A stretch of DNA of 64,000 bases from Polyangiaceae bacterium (lineage in GTDB: Bacteria; Myxococcota_A; Polyangia; Polyangiales; Polyangiaceae): contig JBILLK010000014.1 in assembly GCA_044376115.1 (NCBI GenBank), positions 128,001-192,000 on the forward strand. Direction: 5' to 3'. Shown here one piece after another: positions 54,998 through 63,467 of the stretch (the stretch's first letter is position 1; every line of letters begins with the position of its first letter). A model generated the notes under the pieces. The model was not told the DNA's origin, made no database searches, and was given only the letters and a program-made list of their open reading frames with translations. Made by a program: the position numbers and the translations under genes.

Positions 54998-55146
54998 GAA
55001 TGACTCGTGCCAAGTTCAAGTGACCGACGGGGCCTTCGGCCGTTCGTTATTGAAGAAGGCCCGAGTCATTCTGTTCACTGATCCGCCTTCGGCGGAATTC
55101 GGTTGCTCGACCAGGTGGAGGTGAGGCTGTAGGCTCGCTGGTCGAG
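54998..55146. other. Structured non-coding element (three hairpins; REP/MITE-like or cis-regulatory/ncRNA)
   Basis: GAATGACTCG/CGAGTCATTC closing a 74-nt interrupted stem; TCCGCC-TTC-GGCGGA; CTCGACCAG/CTGGTCGAG. Confidence 0.55.
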
Positions 55147-55154
55147 GGGTTCCC

Positions 55155-55379
55155 ATGTCGATCTTCGTGTATCTGCTCTCCGCAATCTCCGGCCTCTATG
55201 GACTCGCATGGCTGATCTTCACCTTTGTCCAGCCGCCCTCGTCGGTCTCCTATTACTTCCGGCCGCCGACGTTTCTCTACTTCTTACCGGGTGAAGCCCC
55301 TGCGCGCTTCACCATGGCGCTGATCTTTGGTGGCGTCGTTCCGTTCTTCGCTTCTACCATCGTGGCGATGTTTGCCTAA
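55155..55379 (+). CDS. Small hydrophobic membrane protein (74 aa)
   Basis: Two or three hydrophobic segments; SD-like GAGGGG 5 nt upstream; fills an otherwise empty gap. Confidence 0.65.
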   Translation: MSIFVYLLSAISGLYGLAWLIFTFVQPPSSVSYYFRPPTFLYFLPGEAPARFTMALIFGGVVPFFASTIVAMFA

Positions 55380-55395
55380 CGTCGTCCTGCGCACG

Positions 55396-56916
55396 TCATT
55401 GCCATCGGGCCAAGCGAGACACCGCGAGCGGTGTAGCGACCAGACGCAGTCGAAGTACCTTCTCCTGCTGAAAGATCGCAACCAGGCCCCAGGCACTGGC
55501 TGGCTCTTCGGACCTAGGCCCAAGCAGCGAGCCAAGATCGACGGCACACAGCAGTAGAACTTGGTCGGGCATCGCGGACTGAAGCTCCCGCGGCACTGCG
55601 GTTTGCAGCGTGCGCTCCACGGGCTCGAACCCTTGTGAAAGAGCCAGCAGCGGGTCCTGCCCGCCCCCCAACCAAAGCTGCGAGCCCTCCACTCGAAGCG
55701 CGATCGCACCCTCGAGGCCCTTCATTGAGGAGCGCAGCCGATAACAGTCGCCAATGCGATTGAGCACGATCTTTTCGAGGGCGACTTCCGGAGGGGACTC
55801 GAGCAAAGCTTGCGCTTTGAAGGTCCGCTCAAGCTCGCTGGTCAAGCCGCTGGGGCGTTCGAGAGCGAAGTTGGCAAGCGCAAGTCGGCCGGTCCGACCA
55901 ATCGATACCGACAGCTTGGCCACCCCGCCCTTGATTCGTTGCAGGGCGTCGACGAGGGGTCGGAGCTCGGCCGGGAGCAGCGCCAGAGCAGCTTCCGACG
56001 CGAGCGGCCCACCTTGGGCATCACCGAGCACCAGGGATACAGCTGGTCCCGCCGGCATCTCGAACAACGCTTGTTTGGCAATCGGACTCAGTGAGCCGAG
56101 CGACGCGCCCTCCGCAAGCACGAGGTCCAGCGCAAGCAGCTCGCGTGAGATGCGGCAGAACATTGAGAGCTCCGCCTCAGGTCGTGGCGCCAGCAACGGC
56201 TGCAAGCTGGCGCTCACGACCTCTCGAAGCAGCAACGGCGCGGCAGGCGCTGCACCCAGGCGCGCGCTGACTTCACGAAGCACAGCCGCAGCGAGGACAC
56301 GAGCACGCAACGGCGCATCATCGCGATCGTCGACAGCTTGAAGAACGCTGAACGAGGCGGCCTCCGGCGTCGCGAGGTGGAGGGCGTATTGCTCGAGCCC
56401 TTCACGCGAACGCGCTGCCACGAGCGCGTTACGCACGACGCAGAGTTCAGCAACGCCCGCGCCGGTGAGCAGCTCCAAGAAATCGATGGGCCCCTTTGTC
56501 ACGCGGCGGAAACGGGCGCCGAGCCCCGCTGTCGCCAGCGCCAAGAGTTCGTCTGCATTGCGCAACGGAATGGCGATCAAACGCTCGCCTGCAGACGCCG
56601 ACAGCAGACGAATCGGCGCCGCCTCATCGACGGTCTGCGCCGCTTGCAGCGGCAATCCCAAGAGCGCAACCGCCGTCCCAGCCCAGGAATGCGACGCCAC
56701 AAAGCCGGTGTCGTAGTGATCCTTCAGCAGCTCATGCAGCGCGACCAACTGGCCGAAGGTCGCGACAGCCTCAACGCCGGGCGGCCGCTCGACAGCCGAC
56801 GGTGGAACGACAGTAGAGGCAGCAGATCCTGAGACCGGAACGGGAGTGCCGCGATCGCCACAGGCCGAGAGCGTGAGCCACGCGGCGCCATGTGCGAGCC
56901 AGATTCTTCGTTGCAC
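55396..56916 (-). CDS. Hypothetical lipoprotein, possibly Tat-exported
   Basis: From GTG 56916: MQRRIWLAHGAAWLTLSA-C (twin Arg + lipobox); long Ala/Leu-rich ORF. Confidence 0.65.
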   Translation of the reverse strand: MQRRIWLAHGAAWLTLSACGDRGTPVPVSGSAASTVVPPSAVERPPGVEAVATFGQLVALHELLKDHYDTGFVASHSWAGTAVALLGLPLQAAQTVDEAAPIRLLSASAGERLIAIPLRNADELLALATAGLGARFRRVTKGPIDFLELLTGAGVAELCVVRNALVAARSREGLEQYALHLATPEAASFSVLQAVDDRDDAPLRARVLAAAVLREVSARLGAAPAAPLLLREVVSASLQPLLAPRPEAELSMFCRISRELLALDLVLAEGASLGSLSPIAKQALFEMPAGPAVSLVLGDAQGGPLASEAALALLPAELRPLVDALQRIKGGVAKLSVSIGRTGRLALANFALERPSGLTSELERTFKAQALLESPPEVALEKIVLNRIGDCYRLRSSMKGLEGAIALRVEGSQLWLGGGQDPLLALSQGFEPVERTLQTAVPRELQSAMPDQVLLLCAVDLGSLLGPRSEEPASAWGLVAIFQQEKVLRLRLVATPLAVSRLARWQ

Positions 56917-57027
56917 GTTGGGAGTTGAGTCAGAAGCCAAGCTCCGCGCAAGTGAGAAGGGCCAGTCGCGCGGGATTCTTCCTGGCAAGCGCTGGACTCG
57001 CCCAAAGCTTCGACATAAAGCCGGGCG

Positions 57028-58356
57028 ATGGTGTGTCGACTGCGACTTGCGTTGAGTTTTCTTCTCTCAGCAGGCTGCGGCTCCGCTTCCCATTCTGTCG
57101 TCACACCCGCACCTTCCGCAGCCTCTTCTACGCCACCGCAGTTGAGCGCCGCCCCTGTCGCGCAAGAGCCCGAGGCCAAAGCCCTGGCGGCCGAGCCCGC
57201 CGCCGTGCCCGCGTTCGTTACGAGCAACTCCCAGCTGCAGCACTTCCAAAAGTCGCTCTACGATCTTTCGATTGGGAAGCGCAAAACGCCCAGCCGCATC
57301 CTTTGGCTTGGAGATTCCCACGGCCAAGCGGACTTCTGGTCCGGACGCGTGCGCAGACTTTTGGGCGATGCGTTCGGCGACGGTGGGCCGGGCTTTCTGC
57401 ATCTTGGCTACAAGAACTACCGGCACGACGACGTGCGCTTCGAGATCGAGGGGAAGTGGCGGATGCGCCCAAAGAAACCCGTCGGGGTCAAACGACAGGC
57501 CGACGGTGTCTTTGGACTCGGCGGGTTGATGATGGGCGGTTACAAGGATTCACCACGCGTCGATCTCAAGTTGGGTGCGCGCTGGCGGCCTCAAGCGGTG
57601 TCCTTCGATCTTTGCTACCGGCTGCACGACGCTGCGGATCGCGTTGAGGTACAAGACCTCGCGACGCCAAACTCGAAGCCGCTGACCGTACCGAAGGGCA
57701 AGAGCGAAACGGTGCTCCACCACACGTGGCGAACGAACGTTGATTGGACGCTGCAGGATGGCGTGAAAGAGCCAGCGCTACTTCGCGTGACGCCGTTCGG
57801 CAAAGCCGAACTCTGCGGGCTCGTCGTTGAAGCCGTGGACGAAGCGAAGCCGGGCATCGTGCTCGATACGCTTGCCATCAACGGAGCCCGCTACGGGACG
57901 ATGCTGGCTTGGGATGAGGCGGCCTGGGTGAACGAGGCTGCGCGGCGCGAGCCGCAGTTGGTGATTCTCGAACTTGGTACCAACGAGGCGGGCGACCTCA
58001 ATCCGCCGGTGACCAAGATCGAAAAGCAGGTGTCCGAACTCGTCGCGCGTGTGCGCAAGGCCAACCCAGAGGTCGATTGTCTCGTGGTATCGCCAACCGA
58101 TCGGGCCGACGCGGAAGAGGGCGTCGCCCAAGTGCGCGAGGCCACCCGCAAAGGTGCTGAGGCCGCTGGCTGCGCCTACCTAGACGTGTGGACGCTGTTG
58201 GGCGGGAAAGGCGCATTTTCTCGACTGCGTGAGGAGCAGACGCCCAAGGTCCAAAAGGACGGGATCCACCTAACGATTCGTGGCTACCAAGAGCTGGGCC
58301 CACCGATGGTCGAGGAACTGTTGCGAGGCTTTGAGCCCGTGCGCGCAAAGCCATGA
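57028..58356 (+). CDS. SGNH/GDSL hydrolase-family lipoprotein (esterase or O-acetyltransferase)
   Basis: Lipobox LSAG-C; block I WLGDSH, block II AINGA, block III LGTNE, block V DGIHLT..GY. Confidence 0.88.
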   Translation: MVCRLRLALSFLLSAGCGSASHSVVTPAPSAASSTPPQLSAAPVAQEPEAKALAAEPAAVPAFVTSNSQLQHFQKSLYDLSIGKRKTPSRILWLGDSHGQADFWSGRVRRLLGDAFGDGGPGFLHLGYKNYRHDDVRFEIEGKWRMRPKKPVGVKRQADGVFGLGGLMMGGYKDSPRVDLKLGARWRPQAVSFDLCYRLHDAADRVEVQDLATPNSKPLTVPKGKSETVLHHTWRTNVDWTLQDGVKEPALLRVTPFGKAELCGLVVEAVDEAKPGIVLDTLAINGARYGTMLAWDEAAWVNEAARREPQLVILELGTNEAGDLNPPVTKIEKQVSELVARVRKANPEVDCLVVSPTDRADAEEGVAQVREATRKGAEAAGCAYLDVWTLLGGKGAFSRLREEQTPKVQKDGIHLTIRGYQELGPPMVEELLRGFEPVRAKP

Positions 58357-59303
58357 CGGCCTACCGCAGCGACCGTGACGCCAAGCTGGCGCGTTTCAAT
58401 AGCGTCTTTAGCCAGATCGAAGATCTCGAGAGACGCTTCAAACTGCTCACAGCGCTCGAGATCGCTCACGCACGTGCGCCACACGAGCTCGCGAGCTGGA
58501 CGCAACTTCGAGAGCGCGTGATTGAGCAGCACGAGCACCTCAGCAGCCTCTCAGAGCCGGAGCTGGAGACCGCACTCAACGACGCCGAAGCTTTGTTGGC
58601 GCATTGGCAAGTGCTCTCGGCCAACGCCGATCAGCTCGAAGCGGCTGTAACCGTTCCAGCCCCCGAGGCCCCTGCCCCACCAAGGATCCTTAGCGGGCTG
58701 TTGGGTCCGATCGCTGTGCCGCTCGATCTCGAAGGAGGCGTTTTTCGCGAAGCGCGCGAGCTACCCAAGCAGGTGGGCGCAGCGCTCCGCCTGGCTGGCT
58801 GTGAAGACGTTGCGTTTGACTGGGAGGTTGAACCTACATTCGGCGCACTACCGTGGGTGTGTCGCGCACAAACAAGGCTGCGCAACACGCCCATTGCCTG
58901 CTTGTTCGAGGTCACGCTCGAGATGGGCGCAACCATCGCCATGACCTCGCTTTCGACCGCCGTCCCAGCCGCCGCGCCACCGCTCTTGGTGTTGAGCCGC
59001 GGCGCTTGGAAAAAGCGCTTGTTCGCCAATCGTTCGCGCTTCGGTGTTGAGCAAAGGACCGGCGATGAAGACTTCGACGCGTCCTACGCGTTGCGCACGA
59101 AGGGTGATGCGCCACTGGACGTGCAGGGGCGAAAGGCGCTGATGGAGCTATTGCCGGCCCGCAACCCGAGCCTCATGGTCGACAACGGAGCTGCACTCAT
59201 CCGCTGGCAATACGGGCCCGAGAAACCGCTCTTGTGCGCCTCGATCGAGCTTCTCGAACTGCTGCGAGAGCGTCCCACCGGCTTTCGCCTGCGCGCCGAG
59301 TGA
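58353..59303 (+). CDS. Hypothetical protein (N-terminal coiled coil, C-terminal TGDxxFD domain)
   Basis: ATGA overlap with the SGNH gene; helical N-terminus; TGDEDFDASYALR. Confidence 0.7.
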   Translation: MTAYRSDRDAKLARFNSVFSQIEDLERRFKLLTALEIAHARAPHELASWTQLRERVIEQHEHLSSLSEPELETALNDAEALLAHWQVLSANADQLEAAVTVPAPEAPAPPRILSGLLGPIAVPLDLEGGVFREARELPKQVGAALRLAGCEDVAFDWEVEPTFGALPWVCRAQTRLRNTPIACLFEVTLEMGATIAMTSLSTAVPAAAPPLLVLSRGAWKKRLFANRSRFGVEQRTGDEDFDASYALRTKGDAPLDVQGRKALMELLPARNPSLMVDNGAALIRWQYGPEKPLLCASIELLELLRERPTGFRLRAE

Positions 59304-59328
59304 GCGCTGCGACGAGCTAGGAACCATG

Positions 59329-59371
59329 GAAAGCGAAAACCCCACTTCTCCGAAAGGAGAAGCGGGGTTTC
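59329..59371 (-). terminator. Intrinsic terminator after rplI
   Basis: Minus strand AAACCCCGCTTCTCC-TTTC-GGAGAAGTGGGGTTTTCGCTTT: long stem with a G-U pair and a U-rich tail. Confidence 0.85.
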
Positions 59372-59390
59372 AACGCTGGGAGCGTTCAGC

Positions 59391-59846
59391 TCAGGCCTTG
59401 GCAGCAACGTCGACCTTGATGGTCGCCGTAACCGTGGGCGCGAGACGGATCTGAACTTCGTGCGTCCCGAGCGCCTTGAGCGGCTCGCTGAGGATGCGAC
59501 GACGGTCAACGACGAAGCCAGCTTGCGAAAGGGCCTCCTCGATGTCGCGATGGGTGACAGAGCCGTACAGCTTGTCGCCCTCGCCGACCTGACGGGTGAC
59601 CGTCAGCTTGACCTGAGAGAGCTTCTCGGCGAGCGTCTTGGCCTCGGCGAGAACCTTCTGAGCCTTTGCTTCGGCTACCTTCTTTTGGTGCTCGATGCGC
59701 TTGATGTTGCCCTCGGTCGCACCGATGGCGAGACCGCGCGGCACCAAGTAGTTACGAGCGAAGCCCGGACGAACTTTGACGAGCTCGCCGCCTTTGCCGA
59801 CGTTGGCCAGATCTTGAGTAAGGACGACGTGAATATGCGAAGCCAT
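59391..59846 (-). CDS. rplI: 50S ribosomal protein L9
   Basis: GKGGELVKVRPGFARNYLVPRGLA, KLYGSVT. Confidence 0.97.
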   Translation of the reverse strand: MASHIHVVLTQDLANVGKGGELVKVRPGFARNYLVPRGLAIGATEGNIKRIEHQKKVAEAKAQKVLAEAKTLAEKLSQVKLTVTRQVGEGDKLYGSVTHRDIEEALSQAGFVVDRRRILSEPLKALGTHEVQIRLAPTVTATIKVDVAAKA

Positions 59847-59858
59847 GTCTCGCCTCCG

Positions 59859-60170
59859 TCAGGCCCCTACCGTAAACGGTAGAAGAGCGATGTTACGGGC
59901 GCGCTTGATCGACAGAGTGACCTTGCGCTGGTGAAGGGCGCAGTTGCCGCTGATGCGGCGCGGAACCACTTTGCCTCGCTCGGAGACGAAGTACTTCAGC
60001 GACTGCGGGTCTTTGTAATCGATGACGAGGGCCTTGTCGGCGCAGAAGCGGCAAACGCGCTTGCGACCGAGACGGCGACGTCCGGGGGCATCCGAGTTGA
60101 GGTCCGGCGTGCGACCGAACTCACGGTCGTCGTCGAATGCTCCTTTGTACTCCTGAATGTCACGGCTCAT
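59859..60170 (-). CDS. rpsR: 30S ribosomal protein S18 (Zn-binding C+ type) with N-terminal extension
   Basis: [45 protein letters not shown]. Confidence 0.97.
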   Translation of the reverse strand: MSRDIQEYKGAFDDDREFGRTPDLNSDAPGRRRLGRKRVCRFCADKALVIDYKDPQSLKYFVSERGKVVPRRISGNCALHQRKVTLSIKRARNIALLPFTVGA

Positions 60171-60172
60171 GT

Positions 60173-60691
60173 TCAGGCTCCTTCCTCTTCACCAAGTTCG
60201 AGCTCGCCTTCGGGCTCTTCAACGTAGTCACCCTCCGGACGCGGTGCGCGCTCCGGCTCAATCAGGCCAAGCTGACGCTCGCGAGAATCTTCACGATCCT
60301 CCTCGAGGGGCGGAAGCTCAACGCGCTCGAACTTCACCTCTTCAGCGTTGACGGCGACAGCAGCCACCTCAACGTCATTCGCGGTGAGTACCGTCTGGTA
60401 CTTGAGCACGCCGTCACTGAGACGAAGGCTGCGCTCAACCTCGGAAACGACGCGGCCGTCTCCCAGGTACTTGAGGTACACGTACACACCACGCTTGTGC
60501 TTGGCGATGTCGTACGCGAGGCGACGACGACCCCAGAGCTCAACCTTGGTGAGGGTGCCCTTCTCTTTTTGAACGACCTCTTGAACGCGCAGACCGAGCT
60601 TCTCAGCGGCTTCGCCGTCGATGTCGGGACGCAGGATGTAGATCGTTTCGTACTCTCGGGCCCTACCGGGCGCCGTAACCATTCGACTCAT
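60173..60691 (-). CDS. rpsF: 30S ribosomal protein S6 with long acidic C-terminal tail
   Basis: [27 protein letters not shown]; start ATG 60691 after SD AAGGGGA. Confidence 0.96.
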   Translation of the reverse strand: MSRMVTAPGRAREYETIYILRPDIDGEAAEKLGLRVQEVVQKEKGTLTKVELWGRRRLAYDIAKHKRGVYVYLKYLGDGRVVSEVERSLRLSDGVLKYQTVLTANDVEVAAVAVNAEEVKFERVELPPLEEDREDSRERQLGLIEPERAPRPEGDYVEEPEGELELGEEEGA

Positions 60692-60743
60692 GGGATTCCC
60701 CTTGGACAAGGCCCCTCGGGCGAACCGAGGAGCGAGGAGGAAC
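60692..60743 (-). promoter_or_regulatory. S6:S18 ribosomal protein leader (autogenous cis-regulatory RNA)
   Basis: Minus strand UUCCUCCUC-GCUCCUCGG-UUCGC-CCGAGGGGC-CUUGUCCAAGGGGAAUCCC-AUG. It has a hairpin, a CC-containing loop and a 5' anti-SD, matching the CUCCU.GC...GCC...GUCCAA..SD layout of known rpsF leaders. Confidence 0.7.
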
Positions 60744-60749
60744 TCTCGA

Positions 60750-61340
60750 CTAGGCCTGCGACTTTGACGAAGGCTTCGTGTTGAGTTTGTTCATTGCGGG
60801 GGTCACCCCGCGGGCGAGGACCTCTAGCACAGAAGCCCGCGCGCGAGACAAGACATCACTCAACGCAATTCGTTCATCCATCGAAAAACCGGACAGGACG
60901 AAGTCAGCGACGTCGCCTCGAAAGCCGGCGGGCGGTCGACCGATACCCATGCGCAGTCTCACGAACTCTGGCGAGCCCAGCGACTGAATGATCGAACGCA
61001 GGCCGTTGTGACCCGCATGACCGCCACCAACCTTCAGCCGAAGCTCGGCGAACGGCACATCTAGCTCGTCGTGAATCACCATCACGTTGCTAACCGGGAC
61101 CTTCAGAAACGCCGCGGCTGGCTGCACCGATTGCCCCGAGCGGTTCATGAAGGTCTGCGGCTTGAGCAGCAGGATCTCCTCGGCACCAGCGCGAGCTTTC
61201 GCGATCTCGCCCGAGAACTTCGCTCGGAAAGGGTCAGCGCCTAACTCGCGCGCAAGCTCATCCACGAGCATGAAGCCCACGTTGTGCCGATGCGAAGCGT
61301 ACTCCGCGCCCGGATTGCCCAAACCAACGATCAACCACAT
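60750..61340 (-). CDS. pth: Peptidyl-tRNA hydrolase
   Basis: LIVGLGNPG..Y...RHNVGF, LKPQTFMNRSG, HDELD, GGHNGLRS-like GHAGHNGLRSI, RLRMGIGRP. Confidence 0.97.
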   Translation of the reverse strand: MWLIVGLGNPGAEYASHRHNVGFMLVDELARELGADPFRAKFSGEIAKARAGAEEILLLKPQTFMNRSGQSVQPAAAFLKVPVSNVMVIHDELDVPFAELRLKVGGGHAGHNGLRSIIQSLGSPEFVRLRMGIGRPPAGFRGDVADFVLSGFSMDERIALSDVLSRARASVLEVLARGVTPAMNKLNTKPSSKSQA

Positions 61341-61360
61341 AGGCCAGCCACAAACGAGAT

Positions 61361-61390
61361 GGACTCACCCCACCGAAGTGAGGCGAGCCC
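61361..61390 (-). other. RNA stem-loop between rplY and pth
   Basis: Minus strand GGGCUCGCCUCAC-UUCG-GUGGGGUGAGUCC: 13-bp stem with three G-U pairs and a C(UUCG)G tetraloop. Confidence 0.7.
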
Positions 61391-61439
61391 AACGCGAAGA
61401 AAGCGCGCTCTCGGCTTTTCAGCCCGGCGCAAACCCAAA

Positions 61440-62099
61440 CTACTTCTTCTTGGCGGCAGCAGGCTTCGCAGCGGCAGCCGGAGCAGCCTTGGCGTCTTTG
61501 CCTGCCGGAGCAGCAGCGGCCTTGGCCTCTTCCTCGGTGGCCTTCTCGGGAGCAACGACGGAAGCAACCGTCTGCTCGGCGGGCAGGCGAACGCTGACGC
61601 CCTCCGGCAAGTTCAACTGGTGAACCTTGGTGGAGTCACCGAGACCGAGCTCCGTCACGTCGAGCTCGATGTGGGTCGGAATTTTGCCGGGGAGGCTGCG
61701 GATCGGCAGCACGCGGAAAACCTGCTGCAACAAGCCGCCGACGACGATGCCCTTGGCTTTGCCGATCAGCTTGAACGGCACGGACACGTCCACCGGCTCG
61801 TTCATGTCGACCTGGAGGAAGTCAACGTGCACGTAGGCGCGAGACACGGGGTGGTGCGCGTAATCGCGAACCATGGCCATGATGCGCTCGCCGTCTTTGA
61901 CGTCGAGTTCGAGCACGTTGTTGGTACCGTGGGCACCGGTGATAGCGACGCGCAGCGCCTTGGGATCAACCGCCAGCGCGGTAGCGGCGAGCTTCTTGCC
62001 GTAGGCGATCGCCGGGATCTTCCCGTCAACGCGCAAACGACGCGAAGGGCCTTTGCCTTGGTTGACGCGCTTCTCTGCTGCGAGCTTCACAATTTCCAT
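61440..62099 (-). CDS. rplY: 50S ribosomal protein L25 / Ctc (long form)
   Basis: GKGPSRRLR..GKIPAIAYG, HVDF, GIVVGGLLQQ, IPTHIELDVTEL; Ala/Lys-rich tail. Confidence 0.96.
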   Translation of the reverse strand: MEIVKLAAEKRVNQGKGPSRRLRVDGKIPAIAYGKKLAATALAVDPKALRVAITGAHGTNNVLELDVKDGERIMAMVRDYAHHPVSRAYVHVDFLQVDMNEPVDVSVPFKLIGKAKGIVVGGLLQQVFRVLPIRSLPGKIPTHIELDVTELGLGDSTKVHQLNLPEGVSVRLPAEQTVASVVAPEKATEEEAKAAAAPAGKDAKAAPAAAAKPAAAKKK

Positions 62100-62237
62100 G
62101 GTGCAATCTCCGAACGATCCAAAAACGGGTGGGCTTCCTAGCAGAGCTTTGCGGACTCGTACAGAAGATAGTCGGCTCGGCTTGGGGGCACCCCTTCGCC
62201 GAGGTTGACTTCAAGTCCGTCTTAATGGTCAAAGTTT

Positions 62238-62253
62238 GATCCATGCATGGATC
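62238..62253. promoter_or_regulatory. Perfect 16-bp palindrome in the divergent rplY / lipoprotein spacer (candidate operator)
   Basis: GATCCATGCATGGATC. Confidence 0.4.
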
Positions 62254-62385
62254 GACCGACCGTCAATCAATGGTTGGATTGAGCTGAATCGCTTCAGCTG
62301 CCTTGCAAAAAGCCCGTGAGAACAGCTGTGAACGGTATGCACCCGTCTTCGGCATGCTGTGTGCCAGGGGGGGAGCATGGGCAAC

Positions 62386-63420
62386 ATGGGCAACGCGCAG
62401 CGGTTCATTGGTTTGATCTCTCTGACGCTTCTGGGTGCGGCCTACGCGGGCTGCGTAAATGGCTCGGACCTCGACGGAAGCGGGGGCAGTGATGGAGAGA
62501 ATCGACCTAACAGCGGCTCGGCGGGAGAATCCAGCTCGTCCAGCGGGGACTCGAGTTCGAGCGGCGAGGCAGGATCGAGTTCGAGCGGTGGTCCCGCGAC
62601 GTGCGACGATCCCGCAACGCCCTGTTTTGATCAGGCCTGCTTGGACATGGGCAAGCCGTTCATCCCGGCCGACGTGTTTCCGCCTTGCCCGACCGACATT
62701 TGCTCGAGTGGCGGCCACTGCGTGGCCAACGGCAACGTTCCTGGTAGCCAAGCGGACCTTCTCGCTGCCTGCGACGCCGACAATAAGTGCGTGCCCGATC
62801 GCTTGATCGAGACCAAAGGCAGCCCTGAGCCCATCGTTTGCGAGTCGTTGTTCGGTGCCGAAGGCCGCTGCCTTTCCGAGTGCATCCCGCAAGTAAAAGA
62901 GCAGGGCATCACCAACGGCTTACCCACCGCTGGCTGCGACGCCGGCCACTTCTGCGTTCCTTGCTACAGTCCCATCGACGGCTCCGACACCGGCGCCTGC
63001 ACGCTGGGCAACCCTGGTTGTGACGCACCGCAAGAGCCTCCCGCCGCGTTCAAGGAATGTTGCGCCGACAAGGGCGGCGGCAAATGCATCCCGCTTTCGA
63101 TCGTTGGAGCAGCCGCAGACCAGCTCGACAAGGAGGAGTGCGCAAGCTTGGGTCAGCCTGATTCCGCTTGCGTGCCCAACGTCATCTTCGACGCGCAACA
63201 AGCGGGTGCAACGCAGATCATCTGGCCCAGCTGCACCACCGGTGGATTCATCGGCGGCGGCGCAGAGGGCGTTTGCGTCCCCAAGTGCGTCCCGTCTGCT
63301 GACTCGTTCCTCGTGAGCCAAGGGGACTGCAGCGAAGACTACGAGAACTGTGCGCCGTGCGAGATGGAGGTGTTGGGCTTTCCGATCGACACCGGCGCGT
63401 GCGAGCCCGTCAACCTCTAG
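62386..63420 (+). CDS. Cys-rich lipoprotein with Ser/Gly linker and an internally duplicated disulfide-rich domain
   Basis: Lipobox AYAG-C, Ser/Gly-rich stalk, about 28 further Cys; two repeats sharing GAEG.C..C.P and DTGAC. Start 62377 or 62386. Confidence 0.85.
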   Translation: MGNAQRFIGLISLTLLGAAYAGCVNGSDLDGSGGSDGENRPNSGSAGESSSSSGDSSSSGEAGSSSSGGPATCDDPATPCFDQACLDMGKPFIPADVFPPCPTDICSSGGHCVANGNVPGSQADLLAACDADNKCVPDRLIETKGSPEPIVCESLFGAEGRCLSECIPQVKEQGITNGLPTAGCDAGHFCVPCYSPIDGSDTGACTLGNPGCDAPQEPPAAFKECCADKGGGKCIPLSIVGAAADQLDKEECASLGQPDSACVPNVIFDAQQAGATQIIWPSCTTGGFIGGGAEGVCVPKCVPSADSFLVSQGDCSEDYENCAPCEMEVLGFPIDTGACEPVNL

Positions 63421-63467
63421 TCCGCTGTACTGAAGAGCGCCGCACGTACGAACGCGGCGCCTCCACC

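Noticed and set aside
54958..55154. Identification as 6S RNA, SRP RNA or retron msr-msd
   Set aside because: No SRP GGAA-loop motif, no end-to-end rod with central bubble over the full length, and no reverse transcriptase nearby; left as an unassigned structured element.
63437..63460. GCGCCGC/GCGGCGC inverted repeat between the convergent lipoprotein and prs genes
   Set aside because: Could be a terminator, but it has a 10-nt loop and no U tract on either strand; too weak to call.
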